A stretch of 64,000 nt of DNA from Camelus ferus (Eukaryota). The first letter of the stretch is position 1; each line of letters opens with the position of its first letter. A model generated the notes under the pieces. The model saw only the letters and a program-made list of their open reading frames with translations, was not told where the DNA came from and did no database searches. Positions 1 through 13,700 of this stretch are shown here, one piece after another. The position numbers were made by a program, and so were the translations under genes. The DNA lies in contig NC_045696.1 in the NCBI RefSeq assembly GCF_009834535.1, positions 64,172,001-64,236,000 of the forward strand, given 5' to 3'.

Positions 1-900
1 TTTTTCACTCTTTTTACTCTATAAGATGCACAGAAATAGAAGTTTATACAGAGGTTTAATTATGTATTTATTCTTTTGTTTTATCAAAACAGAATTGTTC
101 TATTTACATTAATCTAGAAATTATATTTTTCATCTTACAATGTATATATAATGGCCATCCACCATTATAAACAAATAATTCTAAATCATACTTAAAAACA
201 GTGGTGTGATATTCCATGATAAACCATAATTTATTCAAATGTTCTCTTATTTATGGAAAATAGGAGTTTCTTCTCCAATTTTTGCCACCATAAATATATT
301 AATTCAATTCAAGTTTAATTACAATATAGGACATCCTTACATATTAGTGTTTGCATTTCTTTTTTTCAGCAAAGCAACCAAAAGCTAGGTTGCTGAATCA
401 AAAGATATGTTTGTTTTGAAAAGATACTGTAATATTTTTTTCCCCAAATGAAATAATTCATTCTCCTATTAGCAACATATGAGACTAACCATTTTCTCAA
501 ATCGTCACCAGCAATAGGTGTTATATTTACATTAATTTACATTATAAAATTTTCAATCCATTTTTTAAAATTGCATCTCATTGATGTTTTAATTTCTATT
601 TCCCTGATTACTAGTGAGATTAGACACATTTTCCTTCGTCTAAAAGAGATTTGCATTTTTCTTCTCTACTTGCTACCTCTTTATATCTAGCATGCATTTA
701 AACAGTTTTATTTTTTAAATCTTTTCTTCTTTTGACCTTGACTTCTGCTAGATGAAAAAAAAAATGTCTAGTTAAATATGTTTCTTTCTTCTTTATGGTT
801 TCTGGGTTTCTTGTTTTGCTTATAAAAGTTTCCTCTTCCACAATTAGGTATGCTCTTTTTTTCTATTTCTTATTTTCTTAATATTTATTTTAAAATTCTT
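1..900 (-). mobile_element. Old degenerate L1 (L1M-type) fragment
   Basis: Very T-rich, with decayed L1 phrases (gcatctcattgatgttttaatttctatttccctgattactagtgag); boundaries approximate. Confidence 0.6.
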
Positions 901-2769
901 AATGGGATTTAAACATTCAAAATCTACACCTTAAATAATCTCTGACTGCCTTTATTCAAAACAGTGACTGGCATGGGAATTTCAGACTCGATGGCAGTAT
1001 TGCAAAGACTTCTTTGAAATGAAGATATGAAGCATTTGTTAATACAAACTTATCTGACTTAACCTGTAAGGCATCTCGTAACACTCTACAAAACGGACCA
1101 GTTTCCTGAAACTGTACCTTTGCAGTTTAAATCACAATCAATATCTGCTTAGCACTTTACAGTTTGCGGTGGGCTCTGACATTTATAATGAATGTGCTTG
1201 TGTGAGACTTGGCAACCTGTGAAATGATACACATATGATACATCCTCCCACCACCTGAAAGGGAGAGACAGTGGCACTCAGAGAGGGAAAGCGACTTGCT
1301 CACGTCACCCAGGAAGAGCAGCTCTACACCTTAGTCCCAGGGTTTCTTGACTCAAAGTCAAGTCACTGTCCCATTAAGCAAAATCACAAAGTAACCTGTG
1401 AGCTTCCTGTGGCAGTAAATGATTGTTTAATAATTTTATAACAAAAAGCAGATTAGGGGAGGAAGGCTGGGAGGAAAAGAAGGAGCATCTACTGCCATCT
1501 CCAAATCGTGCTAAACAGATACAGGCTTTTGAAAATTACAAGAGGGGAATAAGTTGGCAGAAGAGGCGTAAGGTACCTTCCTGCATCTGCTCTCGCCCCA
1601 CATCATGCCGCACAGAGAGAGGTTACCTTGCCTGAGCCAAGAAACTCCCCGCTGCCGTCCCGGTCTAACACGCTTGGTGCAGGTATGAGTCCAAATCTTG
1701 GCACTCCACTGTATTTCCACTGAACTGTGCTGCACACTCCATTGCTGGCTCCACGGGTGGCTGCGAGCAATAGCACAGAGGGTACCTGGCCCAGAGTGCT
1801 TTGCCTCATTCAGGACTGAGCTGGGCTCCAGAGACACCTGAGTTAATGCCCTCATTACTCATTGCTGGAGGAAACCCAGCTACAGCAAACACAAGGACAC
1901 ACAGCAACAGAGGCCAGATAATAACAATATGCAAATTAGTCTTGGAAACTGATCCTGGTCCCACTGAACAGGGACTGAAGAAACCAAAGGGGGTCTAATG
2001 AAAATCAGGCAGCGAGTTTCAAAATCATGGCGTGCATCACAGTGTTGGCTTTCTCCTAGTTGGTTGGTTGTCATGGAAACCTGTGTTTGTAGAGTTTCTG
2101 AGCACATTAGCTCAAAGAGGATGCTTACATTATCCTACTGCAGCGTTGTTGGGAGAAGTGGAATAATTCAGGTCAATTAAATAAGTATTTCTGAAGTCCT
2201 ACTATGTGATCCATCACTGGGGATCCATAGATGAATACACAGTCCCATCTTTGAACCTCTGTCCTGCAGGGGAGACCTGACAAGAAAACAGTTGTAGTGG
2301 GATGTGATCTATACACTAATACAGGTGGAAACCTAGCGAGCTGAACAATTAATTCTTCCTGGGGGTGTTAGGGACTTAGGGAGCAGAGATGACATTTGAG
2401 CAAGGCTTTATGGGAAGGATTAGGAAGAGTTGGCTAGTAGAAACCTGGGGTGAACATTCTAGGGACTAGTTTGAGCAAAGGCATGGAAGTGTGGCAGATT
2501 ATGCAGAATGCTATGTCTGATAAACAAATCCAGTTTTATGCCAGAATGTTTTGAGAATTATAGTCAAGCATTATTAACTCTTACTTCACCACTTCCAAAT
2601 GTGTTATCTTCCTCTTCAGCGAAGCTGAAGTTACATGACATTGACTAAGAGAGTTTGCTCAGCAAGAAAATAACTTAAAGAAATTTGTAAGGAAGAATGT
2701 TTATCTTCTTAAAAGACAAAAGCTGTTTTCAAGTACTTTCAGAGGACATATTCATCAACAGAAAAGGCT

Positions 2770-3010
2770 TCAGAGTCAGATATACCTGGGTTTTATTGTT
2801 AATTTTAGTACTTAGTAAGCAAATGATTGTAGGAAAGTTACTTTAACATTTTTAAACTCCTCAGTTTTTTTTAATTGTTTTTGCTTTTTGTACATCAGCG
2901 ATAATAACATTTTCATCATAGGATTATTTCGAGGATTAAAAAAGTCAAGCCATATATTCCAAGTGCCTAAAATAGCACCTGGTACATGGTGGCTGAATAA
3001 AGTTCTAAAT
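2770..3010. mobile_element. MIR-like SINE remnant
   Basis: MIR-like segments (agtcagatatacctgggttt; cataggattatttcgaggattaaa ... aagtgcctaaaatagcacctggtacatggt). Confidence 0.55.
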
Positions 3011-4708
3011 TGTTTAAAAATAATCATTTGAGTCATTTGTTGTACTCTGGGTATTTCTCCTAGGAACCCTTGGGGTTTTTTGAATAAAGCTCTGATATGT
3101 AGAATAAACTAGTATCATGCCATTTTAGAGGCTGAAAGGAATTTGGAAATGGTCCAATTCAACATTGTCTGTTTACAGAGACAACAGCTAATTTATAAGG
3201 TGAAATGTCTTACATACAGCTACTTGGCTGGTTAATGGGTAAGCTTGACCCACCACTCAGGAATCTTGACTGAGTCCGGGGTTCTTGCTGCCAAATCACT
3301 TTCTCATTGTTACCCACCATTAAAATGAATGCCCCAACAGACAAGCCTCAGGAAGTCAAGTTAGAGCAATAAATATGTGCCCAACAGTAATATCGCTTCT
3401 TCCACTCGGTCCAAATGACTGAAGTTTAGCTTTTCATGCAAAACTGAAGGAAAGAATAAATTGCCCTATATAAATATTAACGCTGAACTCATTATGTTCT
3501 CTCAAGAGGAAAGGTGCATAATTGTGTGCAGTGTTTGTTTAAGCCTGGTGACATTTGTAGCACTAAAAATCACCAACAAAACAGATAAAAATAATTTCCT
3601 CTAACACCTAAAAGAAAAAGGTTTATATTTGAATTACATTTAGCTGTGTTTATCTACTGTTGACTGAATTCAGACCTCTTCTTTTGGAAATGTGCGAGCA
3701 GCTGACATGCCTACAGAGAGGGACAGCGCCTTCTAGGGAAGCCCCGGCTGGTCCAGCATCTTGCTGCCTCTGACTGATGGTGCCCTTGACAGTCAGTATA
3801 GAGACTGTGTGGACCACACCCCCTCTCACCTCTGTCTTCCTGTCCCCTGAGTCATCCTAGGGGATGCTGCCTCCTCTTCTCCAGGCACCTTTTAATTCCT
3901 CTGCTTTGTGCAAGGTATATCTCAGTGAATTCCACCTCAAGTGAATCTTTCCAGCTGATGGACTCAGATATTTTTTTTAAACAGCAACTTTCTTATTTAT
4001 CTTCAACACTCATTGAGCTCTTCCCATCATAATGAGTACCATCCAAAGGGGATAACTAAAATAAGATAAGCATTAACTAACTTAAAACAACTGCATAAAA
4101 TAGATACTGTTATTATGTCCACCCTCGGAAGAGGAAAAGGAACTAAATAACTCATAAGTGGTAGCACCGGGATTCTAAACAGAGCAACGTGACTCCAGTC
4201 TGCAGACTCATCCAATATGAAAATCCACCAGTTCATAAAGGAGGCGATGGCTGTTCTACATCCAATCAAAATGCAACCTCTTACAATGGAAAGTCACTTA
4301 CAGATCAAATTCAGCTTTGTTGTTTGACAGGCAGGGCAGCAGAGGCACAGAGAAGGAGAGTAACCTATTTGCGGTCTCTTTGCTCTTCCCACTTCTAATT
4401 GTGTGTCCTTAGGCAGTGAAGCCTTGGTTCCTTAGCTTAAGTCCTTGGGGGCAGTGGTTGTGCATTATTTTCCCCAGGATTGAAACAGCATTAAATGAAT
4501 GAGTATATTTGCCGCTGCAAGTAGGGAGTTGGGGGTGAGGTAGGGGTTGGGGCAGGGACGCAGGAGCATGGAAAGTAGAACTTGAGTGTTTTCCCAGAGT
4601 CAGTTTGGCTGTGACAGCCGGAGCAGGCTCAGCACTTACTGTATTGAGATCAGGTGGTTTTCGCAACCCACACAATGTAATGTTTAAATATTGACTTTAA
4701 ATTTGTAG

Positions 4709-4781
4709 CAATCAGTTAAGCTGCACAACCTTGTGGAGGATCACAACAAAGTCCAGGTTACAGTCATTGTAAAAGGCAAAG
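4709..4781 (+). CDS. ATP13A5: ATP13A5 exon (73 nt), [24 protein letters not shown]
   Basis: tttgtag|CAA ... AAAG|gtaagt; phase 0 to 1. Confidence 0.93.
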
Positions 4782-7700
4782 GTAAGTGATATGTTCTGCC
4801 GACTTCAGCATCCTAATATTCCGAGTGGAGACAGTCACATTTGTTTTGATTATTAGTCAAGGAGAAAAAAATTTCTCTGATGAAACTGAGAACTGGGGCC
4901 AAGGTGAGGCAAACAAGGCAACACAGATGCAAAATTTAAGGAGGCAAGGTCATGAGAATGCTGGTCTGCACCTGCGGGATCCTGAGAGTGAGCCCCTCAT
5001 TGAATTCTGTGCCGTAGGTAGCTGGCATGCTTCACCATGGTCCCAGCCCTGAGTGAACCATTTCTGTCCAGTATGTGGTTTACTTCAAATTCTCTCTGTC
5101 CTCCACATCTTGCTTATTGGAATGTTATTGGTTAAACCTTCTCAAGGCTTTTGGATTTCCCCAACTAACCATCCCAGACTCTGCATCCTACATTTCAATC
5201 TGTTATCTAGAACCCAGGCCTGAGTGAAGCTTATAGCTGGCTGGCTGGACACTTGGCATTTGCTGAGTTAGCCTGGGGTGGGGTGGCCATGGCTGTCAGC
5301 AAGGAGTGAGGAACTGCACTCCAGGACAGCAGACGATGTCTGGAGTGTTCACCCAGGCCCCACTACAAGGACAGGGTATGCTACAGAGAGTCGGGAACAC
5401 AGCCAAAGAGAGCAAGCAGCAGCAAAGGGGCACTCCTCCGTTGACCAATGACCTTGAGAGTCTTCTGTGGGCAGAGCTCCGTCCCAGGTACTAGGATCAA
5501 GATGGGATCTTGTTGCTGAGCAAATGTTTTGCTGTGGCCCAGGCATCAATTCCCTAATCCCGGTTTTCCGCAGTTGAGGAGAAAGGGACTGGGGCAGGGG
5601 TGCATGCGTGGTAGTTCTTGGCCAACAGGTTGACAAGAGTTCTCCATTGCTTTTATTCTTAAGTAAAAACAGGAAAAGTTCAGCTAGTCATGAAAACTTT
5701 GCTGTTGTATAGGTTTGCAGGAGCTGGAATCCCGTCTCTTGGTTCCAGGAGATCTTCTTATCCTTCCAGGAAAAGTTTCATTGCCATGCGATGCTGTTCT
5801 GATTGATGGAAATTGTGTGGTGAATGAAGGCATGCTCACAGGTGGGCGGTTGTCATGGAGCTTCCTATTTCCATCCAAATTCCAGGCCAAATTAGCAAAG
5901 CAGATCAGGACACACTTAACCTGCTTTATACCAACGCTAAGACACTGAGAGATAGTTGGGGGAAACACACCCAGCCTATACATATGAGTGGAAACTCAAT
6001 ATATGCAAATAAGAAATGTTTAAGAACAGAAGAACCAAGCCACAATACATACGAAACTAGAAGAAAAGTCTAACACAACAGCAGAACAATTAATTGCTCT
6101 ATGAGTGGGATGAATAGGGCACTTTGAGTTCAGAGGAGGCTGAGAGCACTATCTTATATGATGCACAATCTCTTCATGAATGTGAGAGTGGTTCAGACAC
6201 CTGTCCAAACAAAACACAGCCTGAAACCACCGCCTCAGCACTGGCAGGGCATAGAGATTTTATCCGGCTCTGTACTCTGTAGGCAGAAAACTGAGCCCCA
6301 GCTGTCACTGGGAAGGAGACTAAGTTGAACCTTCCAGAAAGGCAGTAGAACAATTCTGTTCCTTAGAATCATGTGTCCAGTTGATCTCACCAGCAGAAAA
6401 TCAGTGTCTAGTTATGATTTGAACTGTCCTTGTCCTCATTTGGACTTGGTAAATTCCACTTGAATTTGTGCAATTAGTAAAGCACTATTTATAAAATATT
6501 CTTTAGGCCAAAAAATAAATAAATAAATACACAGAACATCATAATGAGAGAAGAAGAGACTAAATGGCAGCAGAAATACAGAAATTAGTTGTCTTTCATG
6601 CTTACAGATTGTTGCATTTTTCTGTTTCCAAATGGTGTAAAGACAGGAAAAAACACACAGACACAAATTTTTAATGTCACCTAAACATAAAGAGAGTCAT
6701 TATCTATTCCTCAATTGCTCAACATTAGCAGATTTCACATTAAAAATGGGTCTGCTTAATTTAAAATTGAGACAAGAAGATGTCGTAAATATAAATATGT
6801 TCAGGAGAATCATAAAATACCCATTTTATGTGTTAAACTCTAACTGCCTTATGATGGTAGTGACGAGGATTTGCATACTGATCATACCTTTCCTCCGGAG
6901 TGTTGCCATAGTGCACCGCTGCCAACCGCAGACCCGAGCAAACTGTTCTCTTCACTTGGAGACAGCGACCATCACACATTCCCAGCAGCCTGCCAGCCAA
7001 GAATGGCTTCTCTCCAGGGACCGAACGCACAGCAGTAGGAAGACCGCCCAGCAGGGTTTACTCCACTGGGTCTCCTGACCTGGAGGACAGTTCTTATCCT
7101 GATTCTCAGGGAAACTCAGAGAGTCTCAGAGAAGGAGAAATGGCAAAAATCCTGCCTTTTAACAAATGTGCAAAGTTGACCTAAAAATGACCTTACATGG
7201 TCAGTGGCTTTTCTGAGGGTCTGTTTCAGGAAAATTTAAGTCACCAGCATTAATATCTATATAACCTAAGTACTGATAAAGTCAATTTTAGAAATAGGCA
7301 TATAAAACAGAAATACATTTCTGTCTCATTAATTTCTTGAAATAGATCTAAGTGCCAGCCTGCTCTGAATACTTCATTACACAGCCTATACAGGTCCTCC
7401 CACTCACGCATGTATTTGTGGAAAGGACCTGATTGGACAATTGAATTAGGGTTAGGTTCCTGAAACTGCAAATGTATTTCTGGAGCATTTGTCCACAAAT
7501 GTGACTCATGTAATTTTTCTCATGGGCAAAAATAGGACTTTGCATATATAGACGTCTTTATTTATGTAAGAAGAAAAATAGCAAATACTTTTAAATATCC
7601 ATAGCAATTTGTTTTTATTTATTTGTTTGTTTATTGTTTTGGGGTTTCTTTGGTGGGGAAGGTCATTAGGTCTATTTATTTATTTATTATTAGTTTTTCT

Positions 7701-10700
7701 TTTTTAATGGATATACTAGGGATTAAACCCAGAATCTCACACACGCTAAGCATGTGCTCTACCACTTGAATTATACCCTCGCCCCAATTTATATTTTTAT
7801 AAACAACTTTTATATCTCACTCCATTGTGGCATGAAACAAATTAGACTGGGAGCCATTATAATACCCACTTTACAGATGAGGAAACCGAGGTGAAAAGAG
7901 ATCAGGGATGCTCAGCTCGTGAATGAAACAGTCAGAGTTGGAGTTGGCATTTGCTTCCAGGCATCAGGGACCCTAAGAGTGAGGATGAAGATTTGAAGGT
8001 GGTTAAAGTCCCCCCTTCCGTGTTTTTACCTCATTGTCTTTCCTCTCTGCTGGTTACCCCCATTCATAGCACATGCCCACTGTAGGATTTTCCTCTCATC
8101 ATCTTACCTTCATCCTATTGTCATAAGCTCAACTATGCAAGAAGCTTAACTGTATTTTATAACTACACTTAATTTTTATTTTGGGTCCAAATTTGGCCGT
8201 ACTTGAAAGTATGCCGCATGAAGTGTCTGATATAAGTCAGTCATCCCCATCAGTTAGCAGGACCTCCCTACAGAAGCTGTGCTAGGCCCTGGAGAGGAGT
8301 ATCTGGTCTGGGGCAGCTCTTCCTTCTGTTCCTTCATGCCGCTAGGGGCTTAGGAACCATCCCAGACCTATCTATCTGGGAAAGACAGCAGACCCAGGTG
8401 ACATTTGCTCCCACTTTCCATAAACTTCTAGAATGTTTCCATGTCCTATTTTGGTTCAAGTCCTTTCTCCCAGAGACACAATATCGAAGTTTCCTTTAGA
8501 TTTTTCTTTCAACTCCCAGTCCAGGGGTTTTTATTTGGCTAATAAGTAGCACAGGAAAGGCATGGAGCAGAAGAGTTTTGTTCCTGCAAGTGGTCTCTAA
8601 AAACCGTGACCAACTTTGTGAATGACTTTTGAAATACAAAAGCCAGTTATCATCACCTCTGCCTTTTTTTTTTCTACTTCCTGATATACTGATCCTCTTC
8701 AAGATTCAGCTCCACACGAAGGGGTCAGGAGGCAAAATGGTATACCACGGGAAATGCTATTTTGACATTTTCTCTTGGCAACAATAACTAGTTTTCCTTA
8801 GTTCTTATAGGTATTAGACATGGTGCTAGCCTGTACTTATGTTATATCATTCAATCCACAACTCTGTAGAGCGGGAGAATCTGAGGTCCAGAGATGGTAA
8901 GTAATTTATTTGCCTAAAAGTGGTGGAGTTGAGATTTGAATTCATTTGTTTATCTGTTCATTCATTCATCCCACAAATGTTTATTAGCCCTACTATGGCA
9001 CAAACACTCTACTTGGTACTGGGGATACAGCAGTGAAAAAGGCAGATTTCTGCCCCCCTGGAGCTGGCACTCTAGTGGGAAGACAGAAAAGCAGAAAGTA
9101 GGCAAATGCCATCGATTTCCAACAGCTGTAAGTTCTATGAAGGAAAGAAAACCCAGGCATTTTGTCCCTAGTGCCTGTGCTTGCAACTACTGCTCCTCAT
9201 TCTCTTAGGAATAATTATAGGGGAGGCAGGTAGCATTCACTCTGCCGTACTCCCATTCCTCGTCCTCCACTCACTAGAATTACTGACTGATTTGGATCAT
9301 ATGTGCAGGAAGTAGGCAGTGATCTGAGTTGGACACACAGGAATTTCCCTAAGTGGTTATTTCACACTTATATCCTCTCAGACAAGCTGATAATCAGTGG
9401 GTAGGTCAGATCTTTTCCTCTCTTCCTTTTTCCCTTTGTTCTCTCTCTCCTGTCTTTCTTTCATTTATTCACTCATTCAGTCATTTATTCAATAAAGTTT
9501 CAGAAATGCCTGCTATTTGCCAGCATTGGGTCGCCAAGCTGGAGTCACTGGAGTCACCAAGATGGATGAGAAATGGTCCTTGCTCTCAAGTAGTTTACAG
9601 TCTGATGGTCCCAGAAAAATAAATAAGTAAGCACATAGACTTTCGAAGATTGTCACCATGTAGAGACATTTGGCTCATTGGAGACAAAGAAAAAAAATCT
9701 CTATTTTCACGGCACCCGGGATCGCCAGGTTCCGTAAGCCAAAAGAACTGTTGATGGATGTACTTCCGCCTGAAGCCCTCTCCAGTCTGCTTAGATCTCC
9801 AAAATTGTGTAGGGGAATCCATCCTTTTCTAGGATCCCAAGAAAGGCCAAGAACACAATTCCTTATTAATATTTGAATAGTATAAACAAAAAAAAAGACT
9901 TGCAAATCATCTCTGTGTAAAAATCCTCTGAGTTGACTGTCATCTCTGCAACATGATCTCCAAAGGATGCTTTGATTGATCGAATGCCTGCCCCCATACC
10001 CTCAGTTATGTGGGTGAAACTATTCACTAACATTAGTCTAAGCACATGTTGTGGTTTAGTAGTCTGTGATCCAAAGGCAGAAAAACATTTGAAATTATCT
10101 ATAAGTATCTGCCTTTTACAAAGGCTGATTTCAAAGCAGTGTGGCACAATGATTTGGAGATTTTGTCAAAAGGTTCGATCCCTTTTACAAAGCCATTTAG
10201 AATGCAACTGACAAATCCATGCAATGGATGGATATCATAATTGTTTTAAGAAAATGATTTAGCGACAGTGCTTGGCTAGAGGAATTTCCTGAAGCATGTT
10301 CATGACCACTAATAAAAATATTATAGTTTCTTTCACCTGAAGAGATAAAAACTGCACCCTCGTAGAAGACTAGCTTTGAAAAACCAAACAGAACAACCTG
10401 GGTAATTGTTTTTATTTAATTCATCCATGCATCCAGCAAAAAAGACGTATTTTGAACCTATTAGATACCAGTAAGGAAAATGATTAATCTAAAATGTAAT
10501 ACGTGTCAAAGTCCTTGCCTTCAGTTACCACCTAGAAGGAGAGAGAAAACCTAAATTACTATAATCAATTTAATTAATATTTTCAAATAGGAAATATGAA
10601 TGTTATCTTGCTAATTGAATGATGTCGGCAAAGAATGGGCATCGTAGTAGCATATGCCAGTGGCCCAGGTGAGCTGGAGTCTGCAAAGAGCAATTAGCCA

Positions 10701-13700
10701 TGGATGCTCAGATTGTGGTGGCTCCGATCATCTAGCAAGAGAGACCGAGTCTTTTTAGTAATGGCAATGGGGAAGCTAAAGGACTTTTGAGAAAAGAATG
10801 AGATAATATAAGCGGGCTTTGATAGGATTCATTTACTTTCCTCTCCTTCCACCCTCCACATGAAGAATATTTTATAGATCTCATGAAGGCATCATTTCTC
10901 ATCCATCTCTGTACCTCCAGGACTCCTTTCCCAAACATCCTCAACTATATTTAATGCCCAGAGCACACCACACTCTTTCTCTCAGACCTTCTAAGAACAC
11001 TTTCCCCTCCTCTTGAACTGGCTGGGCCGAGTCTCCTTTCAAGTTGTCATTTATTAAATGTACAAGAAATCTTTCCTGATCCTCCATTTGGATTAGATCT
11101 TCAGATAACCAGGTACTGCTTCCAAAATATTTACTGTATCATATGTTTTTCCATATTGTATTTTAAATAGTTAATTATTTGCTGCTATGTACTAGCCTGG
11201 TTCCCTGAGCTTTATGAGGTTAGGATTTCTGTCTGTCGTCTTCATTATTACAGTCCCATCACCTAGAGCAGTGCCTGGTATGGAATAAGCACATAAAAAT
11301 ATTTGCTGAATCAACGGATGAAAGGGCTGATTAATAAGTGACTAAAAGGCAAAAAATAATAACTCTACACATGCTTTGTAGCTCCTTCATTGCCTAGAAT
11401 AATGCTGGGCTTAAAGAACACCTGGGGGAAGTGATTAAGTTATAACTCTCTTTCCTGAAGTGGGCTGCTTTTTAAATAAAAACAACAAACCATACTGGGC
11501 GTGTGTGGAAAACATAAACAAATCTTAAATAAACATTGGAAATATAATCATGTACCACTGTTTGAATCACCAGCATCCCTCAGAAGAGTCATCTGACTCA
11601 TCAGATAGGAATTAGCAACCAGATTAGCTGCGGTTTGTATCCTTTCTTAAAACTGCCAAGTACCAGCTCTAAATGACGCCTGAAGTTCATACAGAATCAA
11701 CAAAATACAATCTTCTGTAGGAGAAAGTATACCTGTTACAAAGACACCATTGCCCCCCACGGAGAACAGCACTGCCTGGAAATCCCACAGCTTGGAGGAC
11801 TATCGGAAACACGTGCTTTTCTGCGGAACAGAAGTCATCCAGGTCAAGCCCTCTGGGCAGGGGCCAGTAAGAGCAGTTGTTTTGCAGACAGGTTAGTAGA
11901 TTCCACTTTTGTAAATTTGGTTCAAGATTAGAGGTGGGGGAGCTGGACTAGGAAAACCTTGTTTCAGATTATGGAGTTTGTCACATTCTGGTTTATCAGA
12001 CCCTTATTGTTCTAAATTGCCACCGTTTCCAACTTAAGGGTTCATTGTTAATACCCTTGTCTATGATGAAGGGTATGAAGGATGAAGTACACTTCCTCAA
12101 AGCCAAAACGATGTTCACGGAGGCTTTCTGGTGTGCGTCCATCAGCTTCTTTTCTTTTCCCTCTGCACCCTGTCTAAGTGATTACCAAGAAAAGTTTCAG
12201 TCACTGTTACTTGAGGACTTTTTCCTTTCAAAGAGGTGTTTACTGGACTGTTATTTCAAGGTTTTTGCTGGATGCCTGCTGGATGCCTGCATGTCCTACA
12301 GATGCTTCAAAGTCAAGACATCTAAAAGGGAGCTTGCCTTCCTCTGTTGCTGCTCTCTGTTGACAGCATCACCATCTTGCTAGCCTCTTCATATCATCTT
12401 TAACTCCTCGCTTCCTCCCATACCAAATAGGGGACCACATCCTGGAGATTCTGCAGATACCTTCTCCCTCTCTTTCATCCCCATGGTTGGTGTTTTATCC
12501 AGGCCGTCATCATTGGTGCCCAAACTATTACAACACAGATATTCGTTTGACTGTTTCCCTTCACCTCAAATATGTTTCACCATTACTATGTTTTTAACCT
12601 TTCTCTAACCTATCCCCAATCAATCATCAAATCACACTTCTAAAACATAATTTGGAGCAATTCATAAACACCATGATCAAAAACTTTTCAAGACTACCAA
12701 TTTTAGTCCCACTCTTTCACATGACAATACATGATTAACACCTTCTGTGGTCTGGGCCCCGCTCTCTGTATTCACCCTTGACCTGTGTTTCTGCCACACC
12801 ACATATTCACTGATGCAAAACACATCATTTGATATCTCTATGTTTTAGTTTAGTGTATTATTCAGTTGATCTACCTGGTTATTAAAATTAAAATTTTAAT
12901 TTTAAAATTAAATATATCAAGGGTTTTGTTTTTTTTAATGCTCAAAAAGTGGGCATGAGAACATCCCTCAAACTGCTGCCTATGCAGAAGCTAAAGGGTA
13001 GAGAGCATGGGAACCCCTGACCTGAGCAGGTAAAATGCTAGGGCAACAGGTTAGAGGAAACTCCCCTCCTTTTCTCCAAAGCCTGCAAAACCATGTTGTG
13101 GAGACCAGATGTTCACCAAGCAGTGGGATTAAGGCATATTTTATACTTACAGTACTGACTCTTATCTGGAATATATGGTAGTGAATCTTTTTTGCCAATA
13201 TTTTAGACATCATTGATTACCCACTAAGTGTTATGCACAGAGAGCTAAAGAAAAAAAATTTGTGAGATACCTCACCCTTAAAGAAGATTATGGTCTGGCG
13301 CAAGAGACAGATGGATTTATAGCTAACGAAAACACGGGGCAGTGAGAGACGTCATGTGACCAAGTGTTACAGGGACTCCAGAGAGTGGAAGCAATTATTT
13401 TGGGTATGAAGTATGGGAGCAAAATTCTGGAAACACTTATTTAAAGAGTTGGCATTTTGAGCCAAGCCCGATAGGATGGAAAGGATTTAGCCAATCCTAT
13501 CAGAAAGCTGGAAAGATATGCTAACTTGTGTCTGCAAAACACAAAGGGAAGAATCCCTGGTGGTCTTCTGGGACCAGTCAGCAGTTAAGAGATAGGTCTA
13601 GAGAGGCAAGAGTACATCAAATAGAAAGGGACCCCAAATGCCATGCCTAGAAATTTGAACTTGGTTCTAAAACGTGTGGGATCTGGAAGCTTTTGAGCAT

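Noticed and set aside
6674..7078. 134-aa ORF containing YPFYV, reminiscent of the NPFYVF motif of the preceding ATP13A5 exon
   Set aside because: Wrong position in exon order, no similarity beyond 4-5 residues and no fitting splice sites; treated as chance.
12266..12290. 11-bp tandem duplication TGCTGGATGCC x2
   Set aside because: Ordinary slippage duplication in intronic, repeat-derived sequence.
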